Source of the DNA: Lingula anatina
Taxonomy: Eukaryota; Animalia; Brachiopoda
Length of the DNA: 64,000 nucleotides
Reading direction: 5' to 3'
NCBI GenBank assembly: GCA_051362555.1
Contig: CM120640.1
Span: 68,860,788-68,924,787, forward strand
In this document: piece by piece, positions 1 through 13,091 of the stretch
Layout: every line of letters begins with the position of its first letter
Numbering within the stretch: the stretch's first letter is position 1
The notes under the pieces: model-generated
Database searches by the model: none
What the model was told of the DNA's origin: nothing
What the model saw: only the letters and a program-made list of their open reading frames with translations
Translations under genes and position numbers: made by a program

Positions 1-2814
1 GTGCAAGTGACTCATATAATCTACTATTGTAGAGCTGCCCGTATTCATAATTCATTATACATCGGCTGCAGTATTTGGTTTCTGTAGAGAAGATTAATAT
101 ATTTTGCCATGCTATTTGTAGAGCGAATGTACTAAGTCTAAAATCACTGAATACTGAAACATTCTTTTACTTAGTATTTATCTCTAAAAACGAACTTTGG
201 ATTGATCGACACTATAGGATTTGAATAACCAATAATATATATTAGCTGTTAAAAATCCAAAAAAAAAGAGATCGCACAGAGTCCTAACTGCAGATGACGG
301 CATTGAATTTTGCTCAGACCAAACAAAAGTGAATCTTTCCAGAAAACGCGTTTGGGTTCATTGTTTTAGATAAAGGAAAGAGATGAATGTAGGAAGGGCA
401 CTTGCTAGCCCGGGATTCAGAAACGACACAAACAATTTCCAAACGTGTGCACACACAGGGAGATATGAAAAAGAAGACGCTGGCACACCTGTAGCTCTGG
501 TTAGGCACTTGACAAAAATATCAGAATCCATTATTTTGCACCAACAATTTGTCCCCTTTACCTTTGAAATTGTCGCTGCTAACATAACTCACTGGAGATC
601 GCCATTACACGGATACTTTCTCTGGATTTGAAATCTGATGTTTTGCCCCCATTACCTTTAACAATTTATGTGAGGATAAGAGTTCGCGTTGATCTTTGTT
701 CCCTGGCCTCACTTTATCACAAGCCAATCCTGAAACTTAATTTGTGGCCGTTAATCTAAAGTTATTTTCTGATAAAGAAGCTTCTTATGGGGTCATTGGC
801 CAGGATTCACTTGTAACTGACTGATGTTAAAGGATTTTACCGTTCGTTTATTTTAAAATAGATCCAGTAACGACTTTAGTGTACTTCCACAACGCGAAGA
901 TATCAATACTAATTCCTGAGTATTATTAATCTTAAGTATAAGAATATATCTTAACTGATTAATTCAATAACATTTCATCCCTGCAGAGATCTTTTTTCTG
1001 CAATTCGGAACTAAACATCTATTATGTAGTGTTTTATGAAAAGAGCGGCAAAGGACTGGTTTCCTGTGTCATGGTATTGATCTTTTAGAGATCTCGCATC
1101 TAATTTATTTATTCAAAGGTTATATATAGAACATTGATGATTCTCGTACAAAATATTTATTTGTATTTTCAAAGGGTAGATCTTGATAAATTTCAAGAAA
1201 TTAAAAAATTAGGCTAACTGCTGCAAGTTTTTCAGTTTCGGCATAGAAACATTCTCTATTCAGTTTTAAGGCGTTCAGTGCGTGTTAGTGTTTTATTTTT
1301 TTTCCTTGAAATTTATGCTTCCAAAAAAATGTAAAAAATACGAGCTATTAATAAACTCTATTAATCAAATATAGGCCTAAAAACCCAGAACCCCCAAAAA
1401 GTTCACGGATGTTTATATTATATATTAGTCATAAATAACAAAAGCATTGGAATTTCCAGGAAATTAATTTTTTTTCCATATATAAAGTTCTAACGCTCAG
1501 AGTCTGCATTTAGTTTTGGAACGGTGAACACTGCACGCCAGTCAGTGAATATAGATTAAAAAGATCAAGTATATGTACCAGGTTGAGCTGCAATTTCGCG
1601 CAGCCAATTTCTTGATATAACCTTTACATAAAATAGGGCGTTATAATGATTTATCAAAACTATGATCCAACTAAAATGGAGAAAGACGCGCTGACCAAAT
1701 AAACGGTATGAGTGTAATAGGTAGGGGTCTACTGTAGGCCTATGATGAGGTGAATATGCATCAAGAAAACGTTTCTTATGTTCGATTTGATTTCATGATT
1801 TTCATTTGAGCACAATCGATTATTTGTTATATTGTCCCACTTAATGATCCTATTACTTATTCCTCGGGAACAATATGTGTGTGGTAATAGTTTAATAACA
1901 TGTTGATGGTGCTTTTTTCCATGGACATAATTATTATGTCCATGTTTTTTCTGAGGCTGCTTGTGTTTTGACGTCTCAGATGCGCTATTAGTCTTCTCTA
2001 CAGCAATGGCGTTATTTCTGACGTGTTCACGTGCAAGTTATCAGCAAAGTGTGCGAACAAATTTTGTCATTATTTATATCTGGAAAACACATCTCAAGTA
2101 CAATTCTCTCTAAAAAGGACGAATGAAATTACCAATGTTCAATACATCGCTAACACATTGGATTAGCCTGTCTTGAATGCAGTGACACCGGATGTAAATA
2201 AAAATCATTTTAGCCAGCAGGTGAAGCAAGGAAGTCGATGAAAATGTTTTCCTTAGTTCTCTCTAAATGTGCATAGGTCTAACAGTATTGAATGAAAGGT
2301 TAGAGTAAATTCATTTTTACACTGAGATGATCCCATATATGATTAAGGTAACGCAACCTGTTTGCATCCGTATTGATATCTCGTTTATTTATTCAGCCTC
2401 TGTTAAATATTCAAGGCTTCAATTTATTCCCCCTAAAGGAACTGAATTTTAATAAATTCTTGATAGCATTCTTAAATAATATACCATCAACAGGCCATGG
2501 AATCTGTTGCATTTAAGACTAACTAGATCTGGAATTAGTTTTGGGCTTCAGTGTTATTACTGAGATGTTTTACTGAAAGTGAAACTTATTCGAGACTGTT
2601 TATATTGGGAGAGTAACTAAAATTGTAGCTAGGCTACATCATACATGTAACTGTTGTACTTAATATGAAAAAAGTATGTCTGTTTATATGCACAGTCTTT
2701 TTCAAATATGTTTAGCTGAAACATATTATTGGCTGTTGGTATATTTCTTTAATTATTCAATAGATTGCTTATGCATTCATATGTTTCAGATTATTTTAGC
2801 CTTTCTGTGAAAAG

Positions 2815-4041
2815 ATGCCTACGCGGATGGTTGTAAATAATTCGTCAGCACAGTACCACAGGTTGACAAAGAGCTCAGATGATGGCTTTATAGACTTGCA
2901 GGTAATCGAAGACTTGCATATCACTCTTCAGTCTTAATGTTATTAAATGGAAACATGGACATACAATATTTTTCTTTGGGAAGAGGGTATTTTACACGAG
3001 TGCTGGACATATCCCCAGTTATTTTAAACCAGCTTTTACTTAAAGATGTTTTATTTACAAATTGAAAACGCAGAATTTTTCTCACTTCTTCAGGGTAGCA
3101 GTTCAGTCAGGAATTTGTCTTATCTCTAATTATTCCCCTGTTAAGAGGAATGTTTAATATTGAAATACTGAGTATTAGACTGAATTAATATGGCCAACAC
3201 CCTATTAGATACACTGAACCAAAGGTTTTTACCCCACCTTTATTTGTGATGTGTTTTTTTACAACTATCAGCAAATTTCTGACTTTTTGGGGCAAAGAAT
3301 ATCATTTGCCAAGGTGATTCACTAAGCTCCATGCCATAATTTCTGACTTTTTCTCTAAATGGCATTCTCATCCCTGTTTAATTGTAGAATTAATACATAA
3401 CATACCATGAATATTCTGACTGCAGAGGTTTGTGAACCATACCTGTGCTTAGTCAAAATTGCTGCAATGATATTTTCTAGCTACTGTTTTATGATGAATT
3501 CTCCAAGTGGCTGCAAGTTAATATTTTAATCTTTTATTCCAGTTTGTGAGACCCCCTCCCAAAGTTCCATGGAAAGCCATTAGTCTTGCTGTTGTGCTCT
3601 TTGTAGTGGGGAGTATTCTTTTAACCATTGGTGCATTACTTCTAAGTGGAACTTTAATTGATCAGAAGGTAAAGGTAACTTTGGCAATTAAAACACCAGA
3701 TGCTATGATAGTCATTTTCAATAGTTTTTGATAGACTAATCAATTGATTGAGGAATTGTTGCCTAGTGACAGGGCAGAATTTGCAAAAATAATCATTTAT
3801 TTGAAAAGCCTTCATGGCCCTTTAATAGTTTATCATATATTTATGTAAGAAAATAGTAAAAATGACACCAAATTATGAAGTTTCTGTCTCATTTTTTCAG
3901 TATGCAGATAGAACATGGCCTGTTCTAATCCTGGGACTGCTCATGTTTATACCTGGATCTTACCATGTCAGGCTAGCGTTTTATGCCTACCAGGGATATC
4001 AGGGATATTCATATAGTGACATTCCTGACTTTGGAGACTGA
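2815..4041 (+). CDS. TMEM230: Transmembrane protein 230, 3 coding exons (2815-2901, 3543-3668, 3901-4041), 117 aa
   Basis: GT-AG splicing gives an open frame: MPTRMVV...DDGFIDLQ|[30 protein letters not shown]...|[46 protein letters not shown]. The DG(Y/F)IDLQF, PPPKxPWKAI and GYSYxDIPDF motifs are characteristic of TMEM230. AATAAA at 4308-4313. Confidence 0.95.
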
Positions 4042-4583
4042 ATTTTTTGTCTTCATGCTTAGTTTAAAAAAGGGCATAATTTTGGTTGTATATATTTTTT
4101 CATTCAATTAAGTTATGTAATGTATTGTTGGCTTGACACGTGATGATGATGATGATGATGAATGTATTGTTGAATTTGTTTACATCAACATTTCACCCTC
4201 TAGGACCAGTTGCAATCATAATATGGTAGCTAGCGTTTTGAGTCTTGTGTTTGAATATATTTAGTGGTTGAAATTATGGAGGATCTGCATGTATGATATT
4301 AAGAAAAAATAAAGAAATTACAAGACACAGCAGCTGTTTTTTCTTTCACACTGTGAATTGAAGCAGTATTATTTTGGTGCTTAAAGAACTGATGATAAGT
4401 GGATTCTGGGACATTATACCACTTGATATATAACATACATGGGTAATTGACAATATAATACACATGTGAACTACCGTAAATTAGGAATGTGCTAGGTGGG
4501 CCGGATGATTGTGTTAGTTGAGATCAGTGAGTGATGGAAACGAGACCAATGTCAGATACAAGTTCCCCAAATGTAATCGATTA

Positions 4584-6574
4584 ATGGATTACGGGATAAG
4601 ATACTCGACAGTACAGCGAAGTGCAATGCAAGGTAGGTGGATACCAATAAGGCCGACATTTTTGAAAAGGTGCTTCCTTTTTCGGCAGTGTTTAAAGTCA
4701 CTCGCCGAGTTCATCGTATACCAAATAATTGGCCTCCATTACCATTGCATTACTACTGTAATGCTAGCAGTATCGCTCAGTCCAAGTTCTGTTTAGCATT
4801 TACCTTTCTAAAATATACTGTACATTTTCTTTGTCTTTAGTGTCAGCACTGCAGTGAGTTAAAAAACGTTAATTAGAGAGTAAAAACTGCGTATCAGTTC
4901 TAAGTACGCTGTTTAGAACTTGTCTTCTTGCATGTACAGTTCACAAATGCCGTCCTGTTCCTGTGAACGACATGCAGACGACTGTTCACTTGACATACAG
5001 ACTATGTCAGTACATGTATCATAATGATTCTGTAATCTATTGCAGTTGATCCTCGCTTCGGTGACGATGTAAATCCAGAGCTGTTACAGAAGTCCAAGAG
5101 AGGTTAGTGTTGTAAAAATTGAGATGGACTATATCAGTGGATTAATTAGACAGATAAATAATGAGTTACCCAAATATTGGTATCCAGTGGTTCTAGTTAG
5201 CATAGACTAGAGAGATTTGGTCTTGGCATAAAAATTTGTAATCTTACATGGGCGTGCTTTGTGAAGTAATTACTTACAAATTAAGTAAACAAGAGCTTTG
5301 TTAAACCATTAGACCTACTACAATGTAGTATACATATGCATCTATGATATTTAACAACAGAGCCAAAAAATACATAAAGAGGTAAAAGGCATGTATACAG
5401 ATCAAGTGACAAACTACATTTTCCCTGGAATGCACCATGCCCTTGGTTATACTGTACTAAGATAAGTGCTGTGCTTATGTCTTTCATTTTTCAGTAACAG
5501 AGAAGTTTTCAGAGAACATCCAGGTCGTGGCCAATGAACCATCATTGGCATTGTTCAGAATACAGGAGCATGTTAGGAAAACATTGCCACAGTTGGTGGA
5601 GAAGAGGGTGAGAAACTGTCTTCAGAAAATAATTGGCCACATATTTTGCACATTTGATGATACTTTGCTATTTCCAGAAAGTAACCACAGATTATTTATG
5701 CTAAAGTTATTTATACTTTATTGTACAATCCAACTATTTTTAGTTGCAAATAAACATTATTGTGATGAAATGTTGCTCAAAATCTTATCTTCTTTTGACT
5801 TATGTCACAGATTGTAGATGTAATAATAAATGTGGCGCAACACTGAAAGAGAAAGTGTTTTTCATCCTAATTTTCAATGGTTTTAGCATGAAGTTCAGGA
5901 TCTACAGGATAAGGTGCAGGGTTCCAGCTTTGATGCTGATTATGACACGCAGTAAGCATCAGCTACACAGCAGCCTTTTTTTCTTTCTTTTTTTTTTATT
6001 ATTTTTCATTTATTTATTTATTTATTTATTTATTTTTTTTTTGGGGGGGGGGTCTTTACAGAAGATATTGTCCTACACTTAATGATATATATGTATGGAA
6101 TGTTTATTTTTATTTCATTCTGTTTTAGTTATCTGTACCTTCTTAGGATTGAATGTTTGAATACATGTCACTTTAATATTTGAAAAGAAACTGAACTCTC
6201 CTTATTGTGACAACATATCTCCCTGTCCACGTACAATATATGATACCCAATATCTTGCAGTGCAGTGAAAGTGATCCATAATAGTGCTACTCACTTCCAA
6301 AATATCCAAGACCTATTGAAAAATTCCATGTTCATGAAGCAGCAGTTGCACTATGAGCACCAAAGAAAGTAAGTATGGTTGTTTTGAATATTATTACTAT
6401 GGGCCTGTTCAGAACCAGTTGATCCCAGAACTAACTATTCCATGGATCAAATGAGATATAATTGCTCTGCCCCTGCAGGAATGGTGTGTGGGAGGCAGGA
6501 ATCCATTTTAAAATTTGCACCATATTTGATCTGTGGATTACTTAGTCTATGGATCAACTGGTTCTGAACATGCC

Positions 6575-6617
<43 letters not shown>

Positions 6618-7268
6618 TCAATATTAGAAATTCATTCAAGGTGATACACTGAACTTTCTTCAATATAAACTTGACCATTTACATATCCATTATGATATTG
6701 TTTACAAAATCAGTACAAGGGTGGCAGATATCATACAAAATTTTTCAAAAAGCCACTCTGTAACTTTTGGCCAGATGGTAGCAATTAAATCTACACATGC
6801 ACAGATGGCATTGTACCCACTCTGTAGGGAGCTACTACAGGAGATTCCTCAGTTTACTGTATTCCATTATTATTTATACCATTACTTTTTTTATTATCAG
6901 GGAAGCTATTAATCGGAACCCTGGTATGTACAACAAGCTGCAGAGAACTAATACACTTGACATTCCTGTGTCAATCAATACAACAGATGGAGACATAGAG
7001 GTGGCAAGTGTGCAACAGTGAGTTGTATTTAATTTTCTTCAAGTGGAACTTCTGTCATTTCAAAACTTCCCAATTTTTTAAAAATGGCTGCTTTTGTGTC
7101 TCACAAACTTATAAAGAGAATAGTATATATTGCGTCAGTTACCTGAAATGACTGTACATCACTCCCTTCTATTAAAAATATAATATTTATTTTTTTAGGG
7201 CTGAGAGACCCCGATCATCATCAGTTAATGTCAAGACAACAAAAGAAAGAGGTGGTTCTGGAAAGTGA
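4584..7268 (+). CDS. BORCS8: BLOC-1-related complex subunit 8 (MEF2BNB family); exons 4584-4632, 5046-5102, 5495-5607, 5887-5951, 6261-6368, 6901-7017, 7199-7268
   Basis: Phase-compatible exons give ...KSKRVTEKFSENIQVVANEPSLALFRIQEHVRKTLPQLVEKR|HEVQDLQDKVQGSSFDADYDT..AVKVIHNSATHFQNIQDLLKNSMF. This matches the BORCS8 signature KxTxKFxExxxxxANEPSxALxRxQEHVRxxLPxL. The first and last exons are less certain, and an in-frame TGA at 7019-7021 is an alternative end. Confidence 0.9.
6401..6575. mobile_element. Palindromic MITE (PIF/Harbinger Tourist-like) in a BORCS8 intron
   Basis: GGGCCTGTTCAGAACCAGTTGATCC at the left end is the reverse complement of GGATCAACTGGTTCTGAACATGCCC at the right end, apart from one mismatch. 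Confidence 0.75.
6577..6612. repeat. (GA)n microsatellite
   Basis: Read directly from the sequence. Confidence 0.95.
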
Positions 7269-8924
7269 TGGGAGACGCAGATTAGTGGTGCTTAGATACT
7301 TCAAAGCATAGGGTTAATACTGTAACAGTACAGTGTATGTTGACTGGGGTGATATCACACAAAAAAGTGAGCATTTGAGTCACATCGGTGACACACATTT
7401 TGTGTAATATTTGAAGAATTTTGCCTTGTGGCAGGTGCCCCATTATTCTTGTTTTATACTGCAGTGCACTCTAATATGGAAGGAATCAGTAGTATTTAAA
7501 GTGAAATAGTCTTAAGTTCTCTTTCTCTGTAAAGAAAAGATGTGTGTTATTGATGTGACTAGAATGTGCACTTTTTTTGTGGAATGACCCACATCAGACA
7601 CTACTGATGTTGTCAGTGCAATTATTTTCCAAACAATTTTTTTTGTTAGTTTCATGAAATATATTGGTGGAATAGATATGGAAAAGAAAATGGGATTACT
7701 TGTTTCCATATATTTCCTGATGACATGTGTTTGTCTTTGTCAGCACTGGAGATTATTTCATTAATTTATAATCTGCTATCCTCTGCAGGTCAGAGGTTCT
7801 ACGCACTGTGGGTTGTAGAAAAATCTGATTTCTATCGTTTCAAACAAGTAACTTGTTTAGTTACAAGTATGTTGGCCAACTGTGATGCATAACTTTTAAA
7901 AAGTACTAGAAAAAAGTCTTGTATGATAACTGGCCATTTTAAAATACTTGAAACATCTTCCAGTCAAAATGGACTCGAGTGCTGAATGCTCTAAAGTTCA
8001 AGTTCATTCTCAATAAATAGCAGATTTTGATCTTTTCATTTATCTCAATAAAATGCTGCTCAACATATGCTTTGTTTGCATATATCACTATGATGAGAAC
8101 TCTTGTGAAATGTTAATTTGACGTTAATTTTTTCTTTTCTACATTTGTCATACAATTTAAAAAATAAACAAGTGTCAAGCACCTGAATCTTTTTTTTTTT
8201 TTTTTGCTTATATAAATGTATAACTGTATTAATTGCATTCTTTGAGTAAAAGAATTACAGGGACTTGCATCAGCATAGGGTGATGTACTCTACAATAAAT
8301 AAAGTGTGACATGCACCTGATGTCAAATGTCAGTGTCACTATAACTGGAGCCCAAGCACGGATCAGATGGGATTTTTTTTAATAGCACACTTCTTTTCAT
8401 ACAAGCCTGTTACTTCTTTCACAAGAAGATAATGAGGCAATAACTCAGAAGACGGTAAAAATGTTCCAAGATAAAGCACATGTATAAATATAAAATATAT
8501 TTACACTGGTAATATTACATACATAGATGTGAGAAGAAGATATTGAGATTTCACCGGCCAATGAGAAGAACAAACACCTGCTTTTCATCATCAGTTAAAA
8601 TGAAAAAATTGCACCATAAAAACTGCTTTTGCCATTCACCATTAGCTTAAAATACTTAACAATCTCTTAACACACTGATAATTATTCAAAACAAGCTAAG
8701 AATTTAAGAGCACAGACACCGTCTTTAATATCCCACTTGTGAAGCAGAGTTCTAGCTTTTTGAACAGTGTACAGAACATGTTTCAATCAAGCTTTAGTAA
8801 ACAGTTACCTCCCATTTATAATCCACCATGGAATCCAATAAATAACTAATAAATTAAATTTACCCCCACCCTCCCCCAAAATTTCTGTGCCCGAAGAAAG
8901 CTTTGAAGAAAATGTTTCTTTTCA

Positions 8925-9338
8925 TCAGACACCAGAAGCTATCTGTTTGTTCACTTTTTCCATAAGTAATCGATCTAATCTTTTCCGTCGTATATGCACT
9001 ACACCATATGAAACAAGTCCCACTGTGAGGGAGACCCCCTCAAACACCCAGTAATCCCTCTCTTCCATCCAGTGGATTTTTGGACAACTGCAATAAGAGA
9101 ACCAATAAGATATTGTTATTGTCAAGCAACAAAATCTTAATGTCAAACACTGCTAATAAAAGAAACTAGAATTTTTGTAAAATGTTGTCTTAGACCTCAA
9201 CTAATCAGGGAAAAAATGTGTTCTCAATATCATTAAAATTCTCTTCTACTGAACCATCAGTATTTACATAAAATTCCTGCATGTCCATAAACTACATTTT
9301 ATAGGTTCTACCTAGACGTATATTTTTATAACCTCTTC

Positions 9339-9372
<34 letters not shown>

Positions 9373-11165
9373 ACCTGTGGTATTTTTCTTTTCCACCACA
9401 TTTGACTTTTTCATAATATCCTGTCTGTTGACACTCGACTTTGTGCTTCTGAATCAATAATGATTAATTATATCATAAAATATACATTAAAGATAAGAGT
9501 ACAGGTGGCATAACATCTTGATTAAAATCAAGCTAATTTAATGTGTTAGCAGCACCATATGAATATCCAACGAAAAAGTTTTGCATAACATAAAATATAT
9601 ATTTCACAATAATTAAACTGCATTAAATACACTAAGATAACTACCCACCATTTCAAAAGGTGTACAATGTCTGCATTCATCTACAATAACATATTTTTTC
9701 CCTGTCATTTGGCACACGTTGGCTTCACTTTGGTTTTCTGAAATGCATATATATCAATAAATGTTAAAGAGGATTAAGATACTTTCTCTATGTTACACAC
9801 TGCTACATTTATTGCAGCTATAATATGATTTGGAATTACGTTAAACATTTATTCCCAACATTGCTTCTCTCTAAATAAATCCAGTGCAGTCTTATCCAGA
9901 TTGTAGTGTGTTACTTAAACAGAATAGCATTTTCAGATTCTCTAAGGCTATTTTCTGAGCAGTCTGTTATAAATACCAAACACTGAAATTATAGCAGAGC
10001 CTCAATTCTCAGTGATACATCTTAGACCCCATTCCCAGAGATTAGATCGATCCAACTAGATCGACCTTACTCCCTGGGGGTTCATGCTAAATAGCTGTCA
10101 GCCGAGCGGGCACGAAAGCTAATTACCCCCCTACAGCTTGTAGTAGGCAGGACGGATATTTAAGCCGGATTATCTGACAGTAATCTAGTGAGACTCCCCA
10201 CGGGGATAGATCGATCTAAAATCTATGGGAACGCGCCCTTAATGTGATCCAATTATCAACTGCATACAGACCTGAGAGGTGTGTCACATTCTTGAGATCA
10301 ATGTGTCCACTAAAATGGTTCTCCAGAAATAAAACTAACACTGATACTCTAAAATAAAGAGAATTAACATTAGAATCCAATGTCAGTCAAAATAATAATA
10401 TTTGTATGTACAGCAAAAATGCACAGCCACTGCTGATGTAATAAAAAAGATAAATTGCTTATGAAAAATTTTTGATATATTGTGAACAATCATGCCATGC
10501 ACAGTCTTCAGTTCTAATCTCTTCTAGAAGGACGTTTTAAGAATTGCCCACTGTACACATTTACACATACAGTAGTCTATCTTGTTAATTACATATGTTC
10601 TGTGTATTATAGATCTTGAGGACTGTTCTCATAGCCCTATCGTACTGGCTGGATCAATCTCAGGGATTCTTGCTAAATTGCATTCAGTTTCAGTGGCTTA
10701 AATGTCTGGCACGCCCCCTCATAACTTTAAGTACTTAAAGTCAGGAAAACTTTATGGTCCACGGATTGTTCACGCTGTTTTGCGAGGGGGGCGTGCCCGA
10801 CAATAAAGCTGATAACATTGACTCTGCCTGAGCGAGAATCTCTGCTGAGATAGACTGATCCTACTGGTACAATAAGGTTATGGGAACCAGTTATACTCTA
10901 CTTAGTTACACATATTCTATGTATCATCTGGGGCAGACTCCCACTGTTACCTCCACCCAGATTATGTTTTCACCTCCTTTAGTCTGCTTTTTTCTTCACC
11001 AGTATAAATCAACATGCTATGGATGGATTTTGAGTACTGTCATGTTGGCAACTGGGAAGATTTCAAAATTCTTTTTGCCTTAACTACTGGTAATGAATAT
11101 TCTACTTACACAATGAGCACAAAAATGGCTACAGTCATCCGTTTTGGAGTGCAGAACTCAATCAT
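8925..11165 (-). CDS. JTB: Jumping translocation breakpoint protein; exons 11165-11110, 10348-10272, 9737-9649, 9448-9375, 9087-8925; 152 aa
   Basis: Spliced product MIEFCTPKRMTVAIFVLIVVSVLVLFLE...VCQMTGKKYVIVDECRHCTPFEM|KHKVECQQTGYYEKVKCGGKEKYHS|CPKIHWMEERDYWVFEG...IRRKRLDRLLMEKVNKQIASGV*. It has the JTB cysteine pattern (ECxxC, CxxTGYxExxxC, SC), the (F/Y)WxFEG motif and the RxxxLDR...EKVxKQI tail. All intron phases are consistent. Confidence 0.92.
10025..10238. mobile_element. Tourist-like MITE family A (TTA target duplication), in a JTB intron
   Basis: Imperfect TIRs (CCCATTCCCAGAGATTAGATCGATC...GATCGATCTAAAATCTATGGGAAC) with TTA on both sides. An inverted copy lies at 50030-50249. Confidence 0.75.
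10620..10870. mobile_element. Degenerate MITE related to the copies at 44210 and 57468
   Basis: Shares the GGGATTCT(C/T)GCTAAATTGCA, GGCTTAA.TGTCTG.CACGCC and AGCGAGAATC motifs with those copies. Confidence 0.55.
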
Positions 11166-11336
11166 GTTGTCAGCTGTAACAGCACCCTCCAAGTTAAATT
11201 TAACATATTACCTGAAAGGAAATGCTGGACTAATATCACATATTGGTAAAGTGAATACAACCAAAGAATAGTGTTAATGGCATACTTTTTAAAATTATTT
11301 TTGTGCCTTTTCAGTGTCCCTGAATTCCACAATATA

Positions 11337-11897
11337 GTGCAATACAGCACAACACAGTGCAATACACTTGAAAAAACGAATGCTATTGCAATTAAACAAA
11401 GCAAACAGTCATTCTCAACAAAATAGGGTGATATAAAAGCAAAATGTATTACAACGTTATAAATATCATTGACATCACTTAACAAATCAACATGACTTGT
11501 AGTTTGTTGGGTCAGTAGCCATGTTGGCAAGTAGATCTTCTCAGCAATATTACTGGCCAAGAAGAGCTACTAGCTAGCTAACACAGCGGCTGCAACAACG
11601 ACGAACAAATTGTGCCAATCTGTTAAATTGTATCAACTGTAGCAATTTGGGGGGAGAAAACACCAAGGCTCCACTGTGACTCGAATCCGGGACTCTCGCA
11701 AACTGTACGACTGCTCTTACCGACTCAGCTACCAAGCCCTGGCCAATCCCAGCCAACCAGTACACAACGATATTAATTTTATAGTAATATACTTCACTTT
11801 TATATCACCCTATTTTGTTGGGAATTACAGTTTCCCATTTTTACTTGCGACTGGACTTGTTTTTCAAGTGTATTACGCTGAATTCCCTGTATTGCAC
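11337..11897. mobile_element. Foldback/TIR element with long imperfect arms and a tRNA-derived core
   Basis: CAACAAAATAGGGTGATATAAAAG (11416-11439) is the exact reverse complement of 11797-11820. GTGCAATACAG/CTGTATTGCAC and AATACACTTGAAAAA/TTTTTCAAGTGTATT also pair. Confidence 0.7.
11667..11738 (-). pseudogene. tRNA-derived sequence (SINE head or tRNA pseudogene)
   Basis: 72 nt: GGCTTGGTAGCTGAGTCGGTAAGAGC...GGATTCGAGTC...GGAGCC. Pol III A-box and B-box-like motifs are present, but the acceptor stem, anticodon arm and T stem pair poorly. Confidence 0.6.
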
Positions 11898-11914
11898 AAT
11901 ACAGTGAGACCCAT

Positions 11915-11950
<36 letters not shown>

Positions 11951-12299
11951 GGAAAACCATACAAAATTTGTTTAGATTTAAAATGAATGAGTTTTATAAA
12001 AGATCATAATATGATCAAAAACATAAACTAGTCTCGAAATGATGTGCTGGATGCCAGGTCTTCTTTACATGCTATGAATATTGCCTCAGTGGATTGACCA
12101 GAAAAAGGGGTAAGTGGTGGGGGGGGGGGGGGGGCATTTCTATTATGAATGATGTCATGCAGATATTACTAATGTAGCATAGATCTATTATTTTTTACAT
12201 TAAAATAATATTAAAACTAAATAATTCATGATACAGTGATGATGCTGATAAAATTGGTGTGTACTACAGCCGCACAAATGTGAGAAAGTGAGAGAAATA

Positions 12300-12424
12300 C
12301 ATGTACTTACTACAAAAACGTCAGCCTCCACATCGTCTCCGGAACTTACTGTGCGCCTGCGCAAAAACGAATTCTGGGATCGTCCTCCATAAGCTTCTCT
12401 TTGGAAAAAATGGCCCTCAACATC
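12300..12424. promoter_or_regulatory. Putative bidirectional promoter of JTB and COX5A
   Basis: CpG-containing patch between head-to-head genes, with CCGGAA (ETS/GABP-like, 12339), TGCGCCTGCGCA (NRF-1-like, 12352-12363) and AAAATGGC (YY1-like, ~12407). Minus-strand GTAAGT donors near 12309 and 12349 could close a JTB 5'UTR exon that splices to the acceptor at 11211. Confidence 0.6.
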
Positions 12425-13056
12425 ATGTTTCGTGCCGTATTACACCGCTGCAGGTCTCTACCTATAGCAGCAGTACAGAGGAAGCATTATTCAATATTAC
12501 CAGGTACATATTTAATACTTTCTTCGTCAGTGTCGTGCCAGTTAGTATTTTCTTCAACCTAACCGAAGAAAGTGTCTTCTGCACGTAGTCCCGTTACGAC
12601 TATATAACGACTGCCCAGTCTGCATAACCATGTTTCAGCACTCCTAATCTTCCTACATTGGTTCACGTGCACCATGGGAAGTAAAGGTTAGATTCCAGTG
12701 AAAGTAATTGTCTTTTTCACTTCCTTGTCCAGACCTCCGAAAGTATTTTTTAATTTGTATTGGTATTTTGAGAATAGGTATATTAGAAAAAATGATATGG
12801 TCTGAAGGTTTGAATTTTAATTTTACAGCTAACATGCAGCCAGGTGGTCTTTCACGAGAAGAGGAAGAAAATGCTACATCCAAATTATTTACAGATGCTC
12901 TTAACAGTCCAGAGATCGATGGCTGGGACCTCAGGGGTATTGGAAATGACTTTGCGGTAATAATTAATGTATTTAATGTTGGTATTGCAATCACCAGCAA
13001 CTTTGCAGATTTTTTCCAGTCAGACTGATTTAAGATGAAAATGAGTTTTTACCTGT

Positions 13057-13091
<35 letters not shown>

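Noticed and set aside
314-631. Short overlapping ORFs at the window start
   Set aside because: No recognisable motifs and no convincing exon chain.
4042-4583. TMEM230-BORCS8 operon resolved by trans-splicing
   Set aside because: TMEM230 has its own AATAAA, and a CpG-containing patch around the BORCS8 start suggests a separate promoter. Nothing in the sequence specifically supports polycistronic transcription.
11667-11738. Functional tRNA gene
   Set aside because: The acceptor and T stems have mismatches and the anticodon loop is non-canonical, so it is treated as tRNA-derived.
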